Shown here: positions 38,801 through 52,139 of the stretch, one piece after another
Layout of the letters: the number at the start of each line of letters is the position of its first letter
Position numbering within the stretch: position 1 is the first letter of the stretch
From: Eledone cirrhosa
Lineage: Eukaryota
Assembly: GCA_964016885.1 (NCBI GenBank)
Contig: OZ024742.1
Span: forward strand, 207,700,001-207,764,000
Direction of reading: 5' to 3'
Length of the DNA stretch: 64,000 nt
Made by a program: the position numbers and the translations under genes
Notes under the pieces: model-generated
Seen by the model: only the letters and a program-made list of their open reading frames with translations
The model's database searches: none
Told to the model about the DNA's origin: nothing

Positions 38801-40277
38801 ATATATAACAATGTCAGACTTGAACCCGTCACCACCTCTAGCAACAAACCTCAAGGGCACACCTTACACCACATCTCCACACTCATTTATCCACTTTAAC
38901 ACAAATAGTGACATCCTTCTAGAACCTTTTACCCTAGAGATATCCCCATGTACATCTACTTTTGGTATAATTGCCTTCAATTACTTAGACTACATTACGC
39001 CACTATATAATTAATGTAAACTTTAAACACTGAATTGATTGTGCTAATGTTGTTCTGGGTATGGAGTGCCATCATTGGATAAATGGAAGATTAATTAATT
39101 TATTAACATAAAAGAACTATATAACCTATATGCTGAGTGCAATGAATTATGTACAAGTGATGCATGAGTTATACATACATGTATGACTTGATGGTCAGAT
39201 TAGTGACATTGTAATTGAGAATTGATCTCTGGTCTACCCTAGTGATATTTAACTTTGCCATGCAATCAGACATGCACTGACCCAGAGCTTACCATGGGTT
39301 ATATATAGAAATGATTCTAATAAAACCCTGCCAGGTTCTGCGGGTAGACTACACTTACAAAGATCATTGATTTGAGGATCTGACTCTTCATGTAGAATAT
39401 CCAGTTGTGGCACTCTATGATAGAGGGTAATCATCCTAATATGAACACCTTTAGTACTTCTTGATAGACTACACTGTAATTATAAATAGGATACTTAAAT
39501 TTAATAACTGTTCATAACCTTATATGATAGGGACTCATTTGAGACACCATTTAATGTACATTAGGATAATAAATTTAGTTATAGAAATCAGCTAGTTACC
39601 TCCACTCACGCATTAAATCCCCTTAATCACACACACACTTCCAGAAAATAATACGATGTTAATTCTCGCAACAAAAACAACATGCTTTAGAAAATTGGAT
39701 TAAAGAACAACAAGCTGTAATATTCTAACATAATTCACCAAGCATCCAATATTGAATCATCGTAGATTATGTGAAGGACATATAATCTATATATTACGTT
39801 TCCTGGATTGTGAAAATGGTGGTGTATAGGAAAACCATAACATTGTTTTGCTTCTCATTTTTAATATTTTTTATATTTCTCTGCACACAAGCTTCTATAT
39901 CATACATATATAAAAAATACTTAACCAATACAACCCACATAATACTCTTGATTTCCCACTTAAAGTGATTGTATTACATATAACACTCTGCCACACTATA
40001 ATCTTATATAAATAAGACACACGTGCATGCCCCACGTGTAACTATTGCATACACTAACCACTTCTAACTATCCTCTTCCATTTTCTTCGTAAACTGCCAA
40101 TGTTGTATTTTAGCTTCAATTTTGTTTTCTTTTAATATGACTTTAATCTTTGAATGTAAATTGCCATGCTAAAATATTATAATAGATGTCAACCAACTGT
40201 GCATCAATATATACATATGTTTCTGTATGTCTCTTGTGTTGGAAAGGAGGTCAAGTATGTAAACAATCATTGAAAAA

Positions 40278-40326
40278 TTGCTCCGAAGACCCCAAACCTC
40301 GGTTTGGAAGAAACAATTGTAAGCGA
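40278..40326 (+). ncRNA. Hammerhead-like motif with variant core
   Basis: UUGCU-CCGAAGA-CC-CCAAAC-CUCG-GUUUGG-AA-GAAAC-AAUU-GUA-AGCGA, with palindromic stem III ACAAUUGU. Confidence 0.6.
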
Positions 40327-40359
40327 ATAAATGGTTTAAACAGAGCTTTGATTCATGTA

Positions 40360-40418
<59 letters not shown>

Positions 40419-40499
40419 TATATATATATATACATATATGTCTGGATATATCATCGGGCCCCTTCAACAACAGATATCGAGAACCTAGTGTGGATTATC

Positions 40500-40860
40500 A
40501 GTGCAGCGTGAGGAGGGAGCATTCCAACAAGTATTAACTACCTGCGCGTTTAAGACGCGTTACTACCAACACCAACATTCATATAGAAACCCGGCCCGGC
40601 GACACGCTACAGCACTTTCTGGTCATATTTGGGACCTCCATGACATCAGTATCACTTATCTAAAGTGGAGCTTACTTTCCAAGGCAAAATCTTACTCGGG
40701 AGGACGCTGTCCATGCAATTTATGCTCTGAGGAAACGATCCTGGTGCTGTTTGCCAAGGACCAATTATTAAGCAAAAAGGATGAACTCGTTACCTCGTGT
40801 AAACATAGAATATGTAGGACACATCTTATTTTCAAACCCCTCATGACCGAGCTAAGTAGA
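40500..40860 (+). pseudogene. Naiad-type GIY-YIG C-terminal fragment
   Basis: FKTRYYQHQHSYRN...TALSGHIW...KWS...CNLCSEE...ELVTSCKHR. Confidence 0.85.
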
Positions 40861-41775
40861 TCTTGGCTTTAAAATCCTTCCCACACACACTCTAAGATAG
40901 AGGATACCCTAAGCATCATTATGTAGAAATCGAATATATTTCATTATTGTAAACACTTCCTAAACTTTCTTAGATAGAAACAGAATATTTTCATTTTTGC
41001 AAATATATACATATTGCCCTATAGAACCAGCCGAACAGATAGCTATGACACATTACGAGACCTATTACTCATAGTTTAAGCTCGATGCACAAGCTTACTC
41101 GCAGCTGTTACCTGACTGCCGCAAGGGCACGCCTAGTATATAGAGTAAATGTGTACTATCATATAAACTTATATTAGGCAAGAGTGTAAGCACCATCAAA
41201 ATTATAGCATTAGAATTGTTAAAGAAAGCTATTAGTTAACCTTCAATTCCATTACTTCCTTTTGCTAACGTATTGCGATGGCTTTGATATACATGTTAAA
41301 ATTACACCTTGAGGCATTTCTAATATACAACAGGAATTTACTTTACAATAGAACCATAGCTAATTTACAACAGCACAATAACCGAAATAATTACTATTAA
41401 ATGGTAGATTTGCAATTTGGTGTTTGAAATACGTAAATTAGTGAATGAGGCGCTTTTCCTCCAGGAGGACGAGAAATAGTAATAAATTATAAATGCTTAG
41501 CTTTTTAGCAAATTGTAAAGAAAAAGCAAATTAGCAAACTCATAAATATCCTACGCTATTCTGTTCGACTTAAATACGCCGAAATTATATTTTCTCTCGT
41601 TGGTCTTTTCCTCTTGAATCTAATGAAGCTAAGTACAATAATATTTCTACAGATTAGAAATAGTTGATAAGAAAAACTTTTCTCTTAATAGTGTGTGTGC
41701 GCGACTGACTGGCTTAGCACTTTCAGATCAATGAGTCTACTTCCCCATTTCCTCTTGGTTTTTGGATTGTTTGGC

Positions 41776-42065
41776 CCCTTACCGCCAAGAGTGTAATAAA
41801 CATAATTGTTTCTACTTCCGGCGCAAGGCCAGCAATTATCCCAGTGCATTACCAGTGCTCTATTTTATCGACCCCAAAAGGATGGAAGGCAAAGTTAACC
41901 TCGACAGGATTTGAACTCAGACCGTTCAAATCCTGCCGAGGATAACTTTGCATTTCATCCTTACGGGGTCGATAAAATAGAGCACCAGTAATGCACTGGG
42001 ATAATTGCTGGCCTTGCGCCGGAAGTAGAAACAATTATATTTATTACACTCTTGGCGGCAAGGGG
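41776..42065. repeat. SINE-derived palindrome (~140-bp arms, 7-nt spacer)
   Basis: Arms meet at GGATTTGAAC-TCAGACC-GTTCAAATCC. Confidence 0.92.
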
Positions 42066-42084
42066 ATAGACCAGTGAAAAAGCA

Positions 42085-42412
42085 AGAGTGTAGTAAATAT
42101 AATTGTTTCTACTTTAGGCACAAGGCCAGCAATAACTCAGTGTATTACTGGTACTTTATTTTATCGACTCCGTAAGGATGAAAGGCAAAGTCAACCTTGG
42201 CGGGATTTGATCTCAGATCGTAAAGGGGGTAACTATGCTGGAAAGCATGTCGTCCGACCCTTTACCGATACTGCCAATCCACCGCCAAGAGTGTAGTAAA
42301 TATAATTGTTTCTACTTTTGGCACAAGGCCAGCAATTACACAGTGTATTACTGGTACCCTATTTTATCGACCTCGTAAGGATGAAAGGCAAAGTTAACCT
42401 CGGCGGGATTAA
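42085..42412 (-). mobile_element. Two further tandem SINE copies
   Basis: Same family core, head-to-tail. Confidence 0.85.
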
Positions 42413-42899
42413 GACATTTAGTAGAACTAAACAAGCCCTTAGAACTACGGTACCCGCCTCCGATCACTGACCACTCCTGGAGAAAAAAAGAAAGAAACTA
42501 AAAAAAAAACAAAAAAAAAACAAGAGGACTTTGATTTGATTTGATTGTTTGATTGTTTGATTTGATATTTCTGCTTTTTTTGCTTTGACTGCCTGCCCAT
42601 ATATGGACTGTACCCCTTGATATGTTCAACTAGATTCCCACCGTTCGAATACTGGTGCTTCAGGTCGGATCTAGCTGTCGAAACCGCTGGAGATCAGCCG
42701 TCGGGATCCCGAATCTTTTCATATATATATATTGTTACCCAATAGGCAGATCTCACACAATGCAGCCTCGACAGATGAATACTGCTTGATTATGGCTGAC
42801 AACTGATGCAACCAAGACGCCATAGTGAAAAACCAATATATGGAACATTATATTATGTAACATTCTCTCATTATTTTAATTTATATTCCTTTGGCCTTG

Positions 42900-43025
42900 C
42901 CATTCTGAGTTCAAATCCCGCCGAGGTTAACTTTGCCTTTCATCCTTATGGGGTTGATAAAATAAAGTACCAGTAATCTACTGGGTAATTGCTGGCCTTG
43001 TGCTACAAGTAGAAACAATTATTTT
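42900..43025 (+). mobile_element. SINE, 5'-truncated
   Basis: GAGTTCAAATCCCGCCGAGGTTAACTTTGCCTTTCATCC... Confidence 0.85.
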
Positions 43026-43829
43026 AATTTATATTCCTTTGAAGTTCCGATGAGCCGCTCTGTCTTTTAAATATGTTAATTATTTTCAACTGAACCAGAT
43101 CAATTATGATATATAGTCATCTGATCCTGAAATATTATATAGAGTAGCGTAACAATTGCAAACGGACATTATTATTATTAATATTATTATTATTATTATT
43201 CTCTACATTCCTTACATCAAACTAAAATATGTTGACAATCTTTTAATAATGTCTTACTTGTGAAATTTGTGGTCTTGTTTCGCTTAACTAATGAATATTT
43301 CCAGCTCTGCGCACCTAACCTCTGCATGAACACAGCCACCTAGCTGCTTTCTACTGCATATTGCACATTGAGCACATGCCTTTACGCTTTGGCTTCTAAC
43401 TAATTCACCAATCTCTCCTCTCATATCTCCTCTCCTATCTCCATCTCTCTCTTTAAGATTGGTTACTATATATATATATAAGAACAAATAGTAGAGAGGA
43501 AAATGATTTTTTCAGTAGAAAATGTTGAAGAGATCTTTTTAGTGAAATTTCAAAGCATTAATTCATTTACAATACCGGTTTCAGCATTAAATGCATTGTC
43601 AATTACGGATATGCAGAATATTGTTAAGTTGCATATTTGTATAAATAGTGAAAATAATGATAATAACAACAACAAAAATATAGAGAGGGGAAGAAAAGTT
43701 AATTTTCACATATGTGACCTTTCAGAGAAGAAATTAAATTTGTCTGTCCATCCTTCTCTGCTAATGGCTTTGACTGGACAGGATAGAAGCAGGGGGAGGG
43801 GGACAGGAAATGGTTGTTGTGGCTGCAGC

Positions 43830-44165
43830 CTGGGACAAACAAGGACAACACTTTACAGTTAAGTGCAATTTCACATGTGCATCAGAAAACCTGATCAATG
43901 TGTTGCCCTGCTCAGGTTGTCGAGAGCACTACATAGGGCAGACCAAAAACAGCGTCCAACAACGTATGACCGTCAATAGATCCCAAATCAAAATACAGAA
44001 AGATACCACTAAATGAACACATCGTTATCTGCGCATTTAATGAATTTTCGATTTTTTCCCATCTACAAATTCAAAGACAACGCTTCCTACATTCAACGCA
44101 TTAGCAAGGAATCATAATTTATAACCAAATACGAACCCCTTCTAAATGCTTCCACTTCGGACTAG
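43830..44165 (+). pseudogene. PLE GIY-YIG fragment (different family)
   Basis: FTCASENLINVLPCSGCREHYIGQTKNSVQQRMT...KYEPLLN, frameshifted. Confidence 0.8.
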
Positions 44166-44901
44166 ACCAAAGTTGGCACTCTTTAAAATCAACACCCTAG
44201 ACAAATTAACCCTTTATCAATGTATCCTTCTCCAACATTCCAGCAACCTCTGACACTATATAATGCAGACCAAGCAACCACATAGTAACACCCACATTTG
44301 CAAATCCTGGAGGACCTCCACGAAGATAATCGGATAAATGGAAACATTCAGGTGCCAAACTAAATGCATTATATTCCCCTGAATCTTGAAGCTTCTGCTG
44401 AAGTTAGAATGGGTATTCCTGTGGCTCTGAAACCCTCTTTGTAGCAAAGTTTTCTCCATCCCCCTAAATCTAAAATTCCTACTAGGGATGGAATCAATAT
44501 TTCAATAACACTAAATCTTCTTTGTGGCAAAAGAACAAGGTCAATGCTGAAAAAATACCAAGATAGATACTTTTAGAAAAAAATACCAAGATAGATACTA
44601 ACAAATCTTTTTCCTTACTACTATTTGTTCTTATATATATATATATCAACTCTTTTGTAACCTTTCTGCATTAGTTATATATATATGTCGTTTCTGAATT
44701 TGTTTAGCAAGATTCTTTATCTGAAATCGTGTGTTGAAACCGATATTGTTATACTTTGGGAGGGTCATGTTGCCAATAAGAAACACACGCACCAGTTGCT
44801 TTCACTTCAATTTAATTTATTATATATTTATAAATTTACAAATTTATAAATTTCTGGTTGGTTGGTTGGTTCCACAACCAGATAGTTGTTTATATATATA
44901 T

Positions 44902-44946
44902 AGTCATAGTTCTTTCGTCACACACTCTGTGACCTCTTCAGTGACT
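44902..44946 (-). ncRNA. Minimal hammerhead ribozyme motif
   Basis: Intact copy of the 28497 motif, with one stem II loop change. Confidence 0.8.
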
Positions 44947-45247
44947 GGGGATTTCTTTCTTCGTTTCTGTGCCTTTCCTTTCTTCTATCCTACGCCATTT
45001 TGTTTGTGTGTGGGTTGCGTGCTCAGTTTGCGCATGCGCCACATCCAGGTGTCTGTGTGTGTTTGTGTGCATTTTTCTATTTTTCTATTTATATTTTTCT
45101 ATTTGTTTGTTTATTTATTTATTTATTGTTGGTTGGTTGTTTGTTCTATGTGTGTGTGTGTTTTCATTTTGTCTTGTGTGTGTTTTCATTTTGTGTGTGT
45201 TTTCAATTGTAAGTTGTTTGTTCTATGTGTGTGTTTTCATTTTGTCC

Positions 45248-47761
45248 TTAATTGTAAGTTGTGATGTTGCTGTTCCACTCATATTTTCTATTTAATTTTG
45301 GTTTTAATTCTTTTATGCTTACTGCCTCTGTAATTTGCCTAAACATTGCGTCTTTCTTGTGTGTGGATTCTATTTTTATTTCTATGCTCTCTAATTTACC
45401 CCTGTGTTCTATCTTAGCATGTTGGTAGAGCACAGATGATTCTTTATTATCTTGGAGGTCTCGCCAGTGTTCATTTATTCGTTCCCCTATACTACGAGCT
45501 GTCTCACCTATGTACACTATATTTTTGTATCTACATTGTCCTTCAGTACATCTTATGCTATATACTACATTTCTAGTTTTACAGTTAATATGGGGGCTTA
45601 TTTTACAGGTTATACATTTCTTATCTATACATGAGGGTCTTTGGAACGGGTATGTCTTGCTAATAAGTGTTTTTACGGAGGTACCAGGTCTTTCTACTAT
45701 CTTAATATTGAGATTATGTTTCTTTAGGGCCCTTCTAAATTTGTAGGCTAGTTCGCCTCTAGGGGTTGTATTGATGAACATTACACTCTGGTATTTATTG
45801 CTATCATACCATGAGTTTATTCTATTGGCCTTGTTCTTAGTTCTTTCTATTCTATTCCAAAATTTGCTCCTATACAAGTGGCAGGTCCCATTTATGTCAT
45901 TATTTACCATTTTTTCCCATTTGGTTCTGGCTCCTTTATACACTCTGATTCTATCTCTCTGATTGTAGCCAGAGAACTGCATACGGTGGATGAAGTGTTG
46001 TATGTGTCTCTCTAGTTCTTCGGGGTTGCACATGCGGGACACATTTCTCATCACCCGTACCAAATCCGCAATCAGTATGTTGATTTTGGTATGGTCCGAA
46101 ATGGCCGAGTTTCGGTGGATCAGATGTTTGGAAGTCATGGGTTTGGCATAATGGGAATGGAGGATTTGTTTTTGGTTGTTAATTGTATCTAACCAGAGCT
46201 CTGTGTCTAGTACAGGTAATCGATGGTTGGGGTGTCTACTTGGGTAGTCTATAGTAACTCTAATGCTCTGGTGGATGGAGTTTGCTATTTGCTGGATGCT
46301 TTCCATTGTGTTTTTCTCTAGTTCCTGACTATTCTTTAGTGGGGGTGTCTTAACTACGATGTTTATATCATCTACGTAGCGGGAGTACATTATCAGGGTT
46401 AAGCTGTCTTCTAATTGTTCATTAAGTTTTCGTTTAAGTCTACTGTCCCACCATACCATGAATAAGTTAGCTATGTCGCCTGCAATGCTAACACCAATGG
46501 CTGCTCCTTCCTCTTGGGCATATGTTTTACCATTAAATTTGAACATATGTTCCTTAAGGGTTAGTTTTATGCTGGCCCCTACCGCATGTGAAATCATTTT
46601 CTTCAGTTCATCGTGGTCTTCGGGTGACCGTATGGCTCTGGTCCACCCGTTCCATCTATCTGTGTGGGTTTTCTTGGCCATTGAGGTAATGGTAGGTGGT
46701 CTGCCTCTTGCAGGTCTTGTAGGGCACAGGTTGCTAAGGTCATAAGTGTCTAGGTAACTATTACTATGGGTAAGCTTAAGTAGAAGTCCCAGCTCACTGG
46801 TATCAATCCCACGGAACTCAACCTTGCTCTTGCTGATCATTTCGACGCATTTCTCCACAGCAAAATCCACGTCAATAGATGGATACAGGCACACAACATC
46901 CATACTGCCTATTATGCTGTTTGTTAGGTCCCCAGATCGGTTACCCGCGCCGATTCTGCTAAGGAGGTCCTCCGTGCTGTCACACACATCTGGGGACATC
47001 TCAATGAGGGGGCGTATGATCGGGGAGAGGAAGTAGGACAGTCTGTAGTTACTAGCAATGTTTGCCCCACAGACTGGCCGTGTTGGTGGTCCCGCGACAG
47101 GGTCCCAGCCCGTTTTATGGTCTTTCCGAAGCCCATACAACGCCGGCACGTCATTGTTCCAGGCCTGGAAGTTGTTGGCAGTCCTTTTGTTGGGCTGCAT
47201 TATATTTCTCCACATCACCATATGGGCATTGAGGGTTTTTTCTCTATCCTCATGCTCCTGTGGTGTTACCTCTCTTGTGTTAGTGATGTGGGGTTGCATT
47301 GCCTGGATGTAGTTTGGCAGGCTGTCAACCGACATTCTGCCAGACTTGTCTGTTGGAAAGCATGCTATCTCTCCATTACGCGAGCGCTGCATGAGCTTAC
47401 GCAAGCCATTTGCAGATTCTTCTCCCAGTTGTTGGGCTTCTATTCTATTATGCTTCTTGCTATACTGTTCTATAATATTTCTAAGTTCGGATTTAGCTAT
47501 ACTAAATTGTGCTTCTGTTTGTTCATCGACCTGCGACGGCAACTGCGTGCGTTTGTTAAATGGCAAAGTCGTGGCGTGGACTCGTCGTAGGTCGAATGAT
47601 TTATCGGAGGGGTTATAGAACGGAGAGTTCCAGGCTGCTGCTTTATGTGTACTAGTGCTATTGTTATTGTTAGTTGTGTTGTTTCTATTTCCACCAACAG
47701 CAGCAGCCTCAGCTTCATGGTTGTTTCTATGTCTCTCATAATTACTCCTGTCTCTTTCCAC
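45248..47761 (-). CDS. PLE reverse transcriptase + GIY-YIG endonuclease (837 aa, uninterrupted)
   Basis: Same motifs as 26101-28296, extending about 100 aa further N-terminally. Probably still 5'-truncated at the inversion junction. Confidence 0.97.
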   Translation of the reverse strand: MERDRSNYERHRNNHEAEAAAVGGNRNNTTNNNNSTSTHKAAAWNSPFYNPSDKSFDLRRVHATTLPFNKRTQLPSQVDEQTEAQFSIAKSELRNIIEQYSKKHNRIEAQQLGEESANGLRKLMQRSRNGEIACFPTDKSGRMSVDSLPNYIQAMQPHITNTREVTPQEHEDREKTLNAHMVMWRNIMQPNKRTANNFQAWNNDVPALYGLRKDHKTGWDPVAGPPTRPVCGANIASNYRLSYFLSPIIRPLIEMSPDVCDSTEDLLSRIGAGNRSGDLTNSIIGSMDVVCLYPSIDVDFAVEKCVEMISKSKVEFRGIDTSELGLLLKLTHSNSYLDTYDLSNLCPTRPARGRPPTITSMAKKTHTDRWNGWTRAIRSPEDHDELKKMISHAVGASIKLTLKEHMFKFNGKTYAQEEGAAIGVSIAGDIANLFMVWWDSRLKRKLNEQLEDSLTLIMYSRYVDDINIVVKTPPLKNSQELEKNTMESIQQIANSIHQSIRVTIDYPSRHPNHRLPVLDTELWLDTINNQKQILHSHYAKPMTSKHLIHRNSAISDHTKINILIADLVRVMRNVSRMCNPEELERHIQHFIHRMQFSGYNQRDRIRVYKGARTKWEKMVNNDINGTCHLYRSKFWNRIERTKNKANRINSWYDSNKYQSVMFINTTPRGELAYKFRRALKKHNLNIKIVERPGTSVKTLISKTYPFQRPSCIDKKCITCKISPHINCKTRNVVYSIRCTEGQCRYKNIVYIGETARSIGERINEHWRDLQDNKESSVLYQHAKIEHRGKLESIEIKIESTHKKDAMFRQITEAVSIKELKPKLNRKYEWNSNITTYN

Positions 47762-47794
47762 TGGCTCAATGTTGTTATCTACCCTATTTTGTGT

Positions 47795-48296
47795 AGCCTA
47801 CAAATTTAGAAGGGCCCTAAAGAAACATAATCTCAATATTAAGATAGTAGAAAGACCTGGTACCTCCGTAAAAACACTTATTAGCAAGACATACCCGTTC
47901 CAAAGACCCTCATGTATAGATAAGAAATGTATAACCTGTAAAATAAGCCCCCATATTAACTGTAAAACTAGAAATGTGGTATATAGCATAAGATGTACTG
48001 AAGGACAATGTAGAAACAAAAATATAGTGTACATAGGTGAGACAGCTCGTAGTATAGGGGAACGAATAAATGAACACTGGCGAGACCTCCAAGATAATAA
48101 AGAATCATCTGTGCTCTACCAACATGCTAAGATAGAACACAGGGGTAAATTAGAGAGCATAGAAATAAAAATAGAATCCACACACAAGAAAGACGCAATG
48201 TTTAGGCAAATTACAGAGGCAGTAAGCATAAAAGAATTAAAACCAAAATTAAATAGAAAATATGAGTGGAACAGCAACATCACAACTTACAATTAA
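47795..48296 (+). pseudogene. GIY-YIG segment duplicated inside the inverted pseudo-LTR
   Basis: Nearly identical to the C-terminus of the 837-aa ORF. Confidence 0.9.
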
Positions 48297-48528
48297 GGAC
48301 AAAATGAAAACACACACACACATAGAACAAACAACCAACCAACAATAAATAAATAAATAAATAAACAAACAAATAGAAAAATATAAATAGAAAAATAGAA
48401 AAATGAACACAAACACACACAGACACCTGGATGTGGCGCATGCGCAAACTGAGCACGCAACCCACACACAAACAAAATGGCGTAGGATAGAAGAAAGGAA
48501 AGGCACAGAAACGAAGAAAGAAATCCCC

Positions 48529-48573
48529 AGTCACTGAAGAGGTCACAGAGTGTGTGACGAAAGAACTATGACT
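48529..48573 (+). ncRNA. Minimal hammerhead ribozyme motif
   Basis: AGUCA-CUGAAGA-G-GUCACA-GAGUG-UGUGAC-GAAAG-AA-CUA-UGACU. Confidence 0.8.
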
Positions 48574-48728
48574 ATATATATATAAACAACTATCTGGTTG
48601 TGGAACCAACCAACCAACCAGAAATTTATAAATTTGTAAATTTATAAATATATAATAAATTAAATTGAAGTGAAAGCAACTGGTGCGTGTGTTTCTTATT
48701 GGCAACATGACCCTCCCAAAGTATAACA

Positions 48729-48815
<87 letters not shown>

Positions 48816-49511
48816 TATAATCCTTTCTTCAGTTGTCTGCTGGAGATCACAGTGATTTCAACCCCGTTTGTGCTTTCCTTTTATATTCAAATACACTTCA
48901 TCAAGTAACCACACAGCTCCCTATTTCTTCCAAATTTTTATTTATTTTTTGCTGTGACCCGTTCTTTCTTTCTCTGCATTTACTTTGTTGTTATTAACTC
49001 TTTTCCTCTCTTTCTTTCTCTTCTTCTTTCTCTCTCTCTTTCACTTATACTCTCTTTCTCTCTGCCTCCCTACTACTTCCGTTTTCTCTCGTCTCTGCCT
49101 CTTTTCGCCTACTCCCACTCAGGTCAGACTTGTTTTTTCTCCGCTGTCCCTGTTTCGCTGAAATAAAAGCCTCGGACTTATATTCAATATCTGTTTTGAA
49201 TCCCCACCCCCTCTCTCCCGGTTACTTACATGTGCCTTCCTCGTCTTCGCCCTTTTTCGGTATGTTCTCAGCGTTTTTTTTCCTTTTATCCCTCCAGTTT
49301 AATTTTTTTCTCCCTTATTTTTTCCTTATTTCTTCCCCAATAACTTCCACAAGTTGTTGACGCACTGGAGTTAGACATATTGACTTTAATGCGTTGAAAT
49401 TTCCGTGATCTCCAGCAGACAACTGATGACGGGATTGTCCCCCGTTTGTGCTTTCCTTTCATTTTTAAATACACTTTGACAAGTAACCACGCAGTTCTCT
49501 GTTTCTTCCAA

Positions 49512-49773
<262 letters not shown>

Positions 49774-50034
49774 CTAAATCTATACGCTCATATATTTGCA
49801 TTGGGAGCTTATTCGAAGCTCCTGAACAAACTAAAGTTATTAGAAATTTAGTTTTAAAGAATATAATAAAACTTGTGATGATTCTGAATAAATATTCCGG
49901 AAATTGATGCCATAAAAATTCTGACAATGTTTAATTTGAACGTATCGAGTAATTCATTATTCAGTATTAGTTCTGTGTATCACCTGATTCTAATTTCTTC
50001 AGATTTCGCGTGAGATTCTTATAATTGAAACATA

Positions 50035-50570
50035 TATAATTGTTTCTACTTGTTGGCACAAGGCCAGCAATTACCCAGTGCATTTCTGGTACTTTATTTT
50101 ATCGACGCCGTAAAGATGAAAGGCAAAGTCAAACTCAGCGGGATTTGAAATATATAATACTAGTAACATTACAATTATGAGCTTTACAGATAGAGACAAA
50201 TGTCTAGCACCATAAACTGATAACGCAGTTTCTTAGCTATCTCACATCTATATCATACATGGCCCGAAGCAAAAAATAATAATAATAATGATAATAATAA
50301 AATAATTAAATTAAATAGTTTGTATTCCATCACCAGCTATGCGACATGTCAATATAATAGGATTTTAACTAGCGTGAGATTCCTCCATATATTATAAATT
50401 GTTACGTCCCTTTACGTTTCGAGTTCAAATCACGCCGAGTTTAGTCTTACATTTTATCCGTGCGACTTCGATAAAATAAAGTGTAAATAATGCACTGAAG
50501 TCGGTTTAATCACCATACACTCCTCCCCCATAAATTGTTGGCCTTGTGCCGACATCAGAAACAATTATTA
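50035..50570. mobile_element. Two SINE fragments in opposite orientation (50035-50150 minus; 50400-50570 plus)
   Basis: Family core and B-box GTTCAAATC. Confidence 0.75.
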
Positions 50571-52139
50571 GTTAGTTCATTAGTGATGTCATGTTTGACC
50601 TCATTCTGCCTTATCTTTGGCGACATATCATTGAGACCACAAAGGAACACTTGAAACTCGCATGTTTTTCTAAGCAGCGCTACACGAGGTGAGACCTCAA
50701 ATTATCAGGCATTCAACAAGCTTTACGTTTATAAATCTTATTTCATTCTTGTTTAATGTTAATATTATTATAAAAGATTTTTGTATTTATGTGTTTGTTT
50801 TTTTCATAATCCCATTCAAAGATCTGACAGTGTAAAACTGTTTGTAAATGATGGTGTAAAGTGGGAGCACATAAAAAAGATGTTGTCGATAATATTTCTT
50901 TTCCTTTCAACACATACTGCCAACTCTCTTTAATAATATAATCAAGAACTCAGATATTTGAATAAATGTCTGGTTGCTGACGAAAGGGGAATTTACACTC
51001 ATCTCAGAAGTCTGAAAATGTTTCTTCAATGTTACGGCTACTTGAACAATTTTCTACGTGCTACCGAAACTGTAAAGCCTCTTTACCATAGCTTCTGATA
51101 TAGTGAATCACTCAAGTTATTATTGTTACCTTATTAATTACAGAACTCCACACACCTGCCTTACGTCTTAGACCTTATAGATTTTCTTCTCCTTTGGTTA
51201 TATGTACTTTCAAGCTTAGACATTCGGCAAACCACAGGGGTTCCATAACGATCCTACTTAACTTTCATTTCCCTGGTGTTAAGTAGATCAGAAATAAATC
51301 TCTCATTAGGCAAAACTTTTGGTTTATTGTAACTAAATTTATGATAGAACCTTTGACCTTATTCCAAACAAATAAGGGAAATGAAACTTGTGGAATAAAT
51401 TCAGTTACTCAAACATACATCAAAATTCAGATCAGTCGTTTGAAGACATGTTCGGCAACAGGTTTTGTCAAATACAATATAAAATATCTGCTGAGATTTT
51501 ATTTTCTATATAACGTATACTATCCTAGCAGCTGAAACTTGCTAAGTGCTGATTGACTACTACCGTTAACAAGAGAAACAGTGTATTTATTCCACACCAA
51601 AGTTTATGTTTTACTGAAAAGTAGGAATGATAAATGTGAGTTAAGCCTTTGGGAATTCAGATGAAATCACAATATACTCAACTGAACAGTACCCAATTCT
51701 AGTTCCATAACATGAGACAGAAGAGAAACAGTTTCCTCGAACAATGATAGTTTTATGTTGTTAATAGTTTTCTCAGGCCTGTCTGGTGCAAATTGCCCAC
51801 ATCTAGGTGAATTCGGGGAAATATAGAACTGATATTCCAATCAGAAACACAAGGAAACATTTCAGACAGATTTAAACACAATGTATACGCAAAAAAAAAC
51901 AAAACCCAAAACGTTTGCTTTAATTAATTTTGCACCTAGTGAATTAACGTGAGAGGTAGAATAACATTATATTATATATTAAACATCTTACCGCTAGATA
52001 TACTATTAAGTTATTACCTTGTATATCAAACTAGGACATCTTCTAATATTACATGTCGTATCATTACATATAAAACCAGTAAATTCAAAATTCATCAACA
52101 CTACATCTCCCAGAACTTCTTATCTTACCAGAACATATC

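Larger units (their letters stand above)
36160..40365 (+). mobile_element. Decayed Naiad-type Penelope-like element with ~830-bp inverted pseudo-LTR
   Basis: 36160-36995 is the reverse complement of about 39505-40365. RT and GIY-YIG remnants lie between the arms. Confidence 0.9.
44690..48731 (-). mobile_element. Penelope-like element, family A copy 2, with ~935-bp inverted pseudo-LTR
   Basis: 47795-48731 is the reverse complement of about 44743-45750. It has the same ~55-nt tail as copy 1, at 44690-44742. TA-rich flanks. Confidence 0.95.

Noticed and set aside
50975-51020. CTGACGA hammerhead-like seed
   Set aside because: No properly placed GAAA and no pairing stems.
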